A stretch of 63,987 nt of DNA, filler included, from Diploschistes diacapsis (lineage: Eukaryota): assembly GCA_023645945.1 (NCBI GenBank). It is 11 parts of 11 records of this genome, joined end to end, with 100 filler letters (N's around TTAATTAATTAA, not from the genome) between each part and the next. Parts side by side here need not be neighbours in the genome. Positions count along the whole stretch, not along the records: positions 60,783 to 63,987 come from JALAIB010001978.1; 10 more parts are not named here. The stretch is one strand, 5' to 3'. Below the pieces are notes generated by a model, which was not told the origin of the DNA, searched no databases, and saw nothing but the letters and a program-made list of their open reading frames with translations. Both the position numbers and the translations under genes were made by a program. Shown here one piece after another: positions 61,064 to 63,987 of the stretch (positions are counted from its first letter, which is position 1; every line of letters starts with the position of its first letter).

Positions 61064-61743
61064 CGCCACCTATGTGTATGTGCCGAGCGAGAACCGATAA
61101 GAATATCCAATGCATAGAAATACTAGGAGGGAAAGTAGTGGAGACTTCAAAAGCACGCAATGATACTAGATAAAAAGAGAGCCGGCCTTACCTTTTGCTT
61201 TAATGTTACCTTGATAAGCACCGCTATATACGGTGCGGTCGTGATGGTTTGTGCAGCGCACTGCTTGGTACAGGGCCCGCGTATCGTGCTAGGTAACATA
61301 GCGTCTATACTGTCCTCATTGTAGGTTTAAACGTACTTAATCAATTTGGGAAGTCGATGTTGTTTGTAGACTGTATGCGTGGGCAACTTTTTTAGCTGTG
61401 AAAAACCTAAGGAGAATTGGTGTGTGGTTGAGGTCAAAGCAAAACTCGTATGTACATACGTTGTGTTTGTCTTCGGCTCCGACGAAGCTATGGACAACGC
61501 TTGCCACTATCTGCCTGACAGTGACGCTTTCGTGGATTAAAATTTTCACAGCAGACTCACATTCAGTATATCGAGGTGCATAATTGAATCATCACTATCA
61601 TCAAAACATAAGGTTGGAGAAGATAGCACGAGTAGAATTGCTTTCCAAATACCACCGGATAGTAAAGAGGGAACAGAAAACGCCCGCAGCCTCGAAGATC
61701 CCTATAAAACTCAGAACGCTTCTAACACAGGCTCAGCAACTGC

Positions 61744-62442
61744 CTAAACCTTGACGGGAAACACTCCCGGAAGGAAGCCTTGAACATTCGCATAGCACGA
61801 AACATTTTGCGCATAAGGGCGGCTCGCATTAGTAGTAAAAGCGCCGGTGCACTGCGGGAAGAGCGTAACTTCGTCGCAACCAGCAGGTGTGACTATGTTG
61901 GGAGGGCGAGCAAAAAGCTGGATCACTTCTTCGTTCACTATCGTAGTGTTGCAGCCATAGAAACTGTAACCGCCGTATTCGAGCCGTGAAAAGGGGTCAG
62001 GGAATTGGGTAATAGCCACACCAGTTGTACCCGACCCGGCGTTGACTTCAATGGGATACCTGCCCTCTGCATCGGCCGTGGAGGAAACTATGATACCCTC
62101 AGGAAAGGTATTAGGGGAAGAACCAGCGTCGCCGAGGATATTTCCAGTATCATATCGAACGTCGGTGGCAGTGCCGTTGACATAGAACTCGCGACCGGAG
62201 ACTGCCTTGTTGGGAGGCAGGAGGACGGCATAGGCTTGACCAGCTCCGACGTGCAATGAGATGACGCTGAACAGGGTAAGGTTGAGAGATGGCGGGCTTG
62301 AAGTGTCATTTGCAACCAGCTCGAAGGTGGCAGAGGAGGTTTTAGGTGGATACGAAGGGACAGACGCAGCTGGGTTTGTATTCGTAGGAAGAGCAGAAGC
62401 GAGAATCGCAAGCGCGGAGACCAGAACCGCGGAGTTAAACAT
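61744..62442 (-). CDS. Secreted fungal protein (232 aa) with four C-terminal cysteines
   Basis: Signal peptide MFNSAVLVSALAILASA; LHVGAG..YAVL, FYVNGT, FYGC, GC..V.LFPQC, VSCY. Confidence 0.8.
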   Translation of the reverse strand: MFNSAVLVSALAILASALPTNTNPAASVPSYPPKTSSATFELVANDTSSPPSLNLTLFSVISLHVGAGQAYAVLLPPNKAVSGREFYVNGTATDVRYDTGNILGDAGSSPNTFPEGIIVSSTADAEGRYPIEVNAGSGTTGVAITQFPDPFSRLEYGGYSFYGCNTTIVNEEVIQLFARPPNIVTPAGCDEVTLFPQCTGAFTTNASRPYAQNVSCYANVQGFLPGVFPVKV

Positions 62443-63456
62443 TGCGGGTAGAATTTGTAGAACACTTAGAGCATGGCTACCACTTTGCGCTTCTATTGAA
62501 GCGGGATGTATCAAGGATTAATGAATCTGGTGTTGGTGATAATGAATGAAGAACAGAGCCTAGTTAAGTAAGCAATTCAAAGAGGCACAAACTCTTTTTC
62601 AGGCAAACTTTGCCGTAAATCTGTTGCTCCTCCTCGAGCCTACCTTTCACGATGCAAACACAATCATGATTCGTTATACTAATCCAAGCTTAGTTTATGG
62701 TTCTCTTGGCCGTTTCTTACCGTTTGTCTTTGATCGGATCCGGAAGCAGGCGTGCGAGAAGGCGTTGAAACTAGCTTGGTGATTCACTCATTGTTCGGGA
62801 TCAATGGTCTCTTATTCTCGCAAGAAGTTTCCGATGAACCATTTGGGTGCTTATGGCGCACGTTGACATCATGTGGAAAAGCATCCACGGTTTGGCGAGT
62901 AGCCATCCTCGTATCCAAGTTGTTTGGGGTATCACAATACCTGAACAGAAAAGGGTTGCGTGCTGAGGGAGGCTTCTATTTTTGCAGCCCGAAGAAAAGG
63001 AATACGAGAAGTTGCTTGGCGGTGAAAGGATAGGTTGAGGTTGGTGAGATGTGTGAATTTACAACGATGCAGTGAAGAATACTGTGAGATTTCAAAGAGG
63101 ACGCTATTCATAGCCTTATAAGGCGGCTTCGGGGATAACGGTGTTAGATGTCAAGTTGACCTTTGACCTTCCTCAACTTTAAACGCTCCAACGATCCTGT
63201 AATACAATACGCGCAACATTACTCTCTCAAGCGCCTTCCTTCTTCGCGCCTAAACCTCTCTAATTTCCAACATTCAAACACGATGATGGCGAGCCTGCCA
63301 TTGCAATCCACCTGCAATTAAGCCTGCAAGCCCCAGCTTGTCGCACACGACCCAGCCTACGACCCAGCCTCATTCCCACCTCCGTACGACCTCTCCGACC
63401 CTCCGCCAACTTCCCACACTACCACACTTAAACCACACGTGTTCTTCAACAACACA

Positions 63457-63987
63457 ATGAACGGCGGCCTAATCTTCCTAATAATCCTTATCTTCGTCAT
63501 CATTCTCCCCGCCACCGCCTATGTCCTCTACACCCGCTACCGCGCGCGCTCGCAAGGCCTCCCACCACCGCCCCTATCCGCCTACAACCCCATCAGCCTC
63601 TTCCACTCCTCAAATACCCCCTCTTCCTCCTACAACGCCACCCCCTCCTCGCACTCCAGCAACCCGTTGACATGGATTCAAGACAAAGTCTCCTCGCTCC
63701 GCAGCGGCGGTCGCTCGTCCGGCACTAACCGGGGCATAAGCCGCAGCACCCGTGGCTTCGGACCACTGGATCCCGACGGAGCCTGGGACGATAGGGTGGG
63801 CAACGAGGCCGAACACCTGGGCGGTGGTGGCGCGGATTATGAGGAGCAGGAGCTTGGCTTGCACCCCACTGCCCCGGGACGTTACGGCGGGAGCGGCTAC
63901 GGGGAGGGAGGTGGCTACGATGCGGGGCCACAGGAGCTGCCGGCTTATGGCGAGGAGAGGGGGAGGACGAGGAGTAGGGATTTCGGG
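63457..63987 (+). CDS. Single-pass membrane protein with disordered Gly-rich tail, runs off the window
   Basis: ATG in ACACAATG context; TM MNGGLIFLIILIFVIILPATAYVLY, then RAR..GLPPPPLSAYNP, GFGPLDPDGAWDDRVG, YEEQELGL. Confidence 0.8.
   Translation, partial: MNGGLIFLIILIFVIILPATAYVLYTRYRARSQGLPPPPLSAYNPISLFHSSNTPSSSYNATPSSHSSNPLTWIQDKVSSLRSGGRSSGTNRGISRSTRGFGPLDPDGAWDDRVGNEAEHLGGGGADYEEQELGLHPTAPGRYGGSGYGEGGGYDAGPQELPAYGEERGRTRSRDFG

Overview
Draft genome of a filamentous ascomycete (Pezizomycotina-type GT-AG introns with CTRAC branch sites). The window is not contiguous. It holds 11 unrelated contigs joined by an artificial 100-nt linker (N44-TTAATTAATTAA-N44): the last 26.3 kb of one contig, nine ~3.70-3.75 kb contigs in descending size, and a final partial contig. 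The large contig carries COQ3, a mitochondrial citrate-type carrier, a secreted M28 peptidase, a D-arabitol-dehydrogenase-like MDR enzyme, an orphan ORF facing a caspase-fold (His-Gly / D-x-C) protein, a CYP505 P450-reductase fusion, an amino-acid permease and a frameshifted DUF4140/DUF4139 gene. The small contigs carry MLH1, UBE2S, RGP1, RPL31, DPB11/rad4, a DUF2237 gene, a nitronate monooxygenase, an MFS transporter, secreted proteins and gene fragments (HEM3, MRP20). One AT-rich contig is a nest of RIP-mutated transposons: pogo/Fot1, Tc1 DD34E, LTRs and a TIR element built from a GACACG minisatellite. Best leads: the caspase-like/orphan pair, the minisatellite TIR element, RGP1 bracketed by two same-family transposon ends, and recurrent C-rich to G-rich skew switches that ignore gene orientation and coincide with contig breaks. 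No clearly novel system can be proven from sequence alone.
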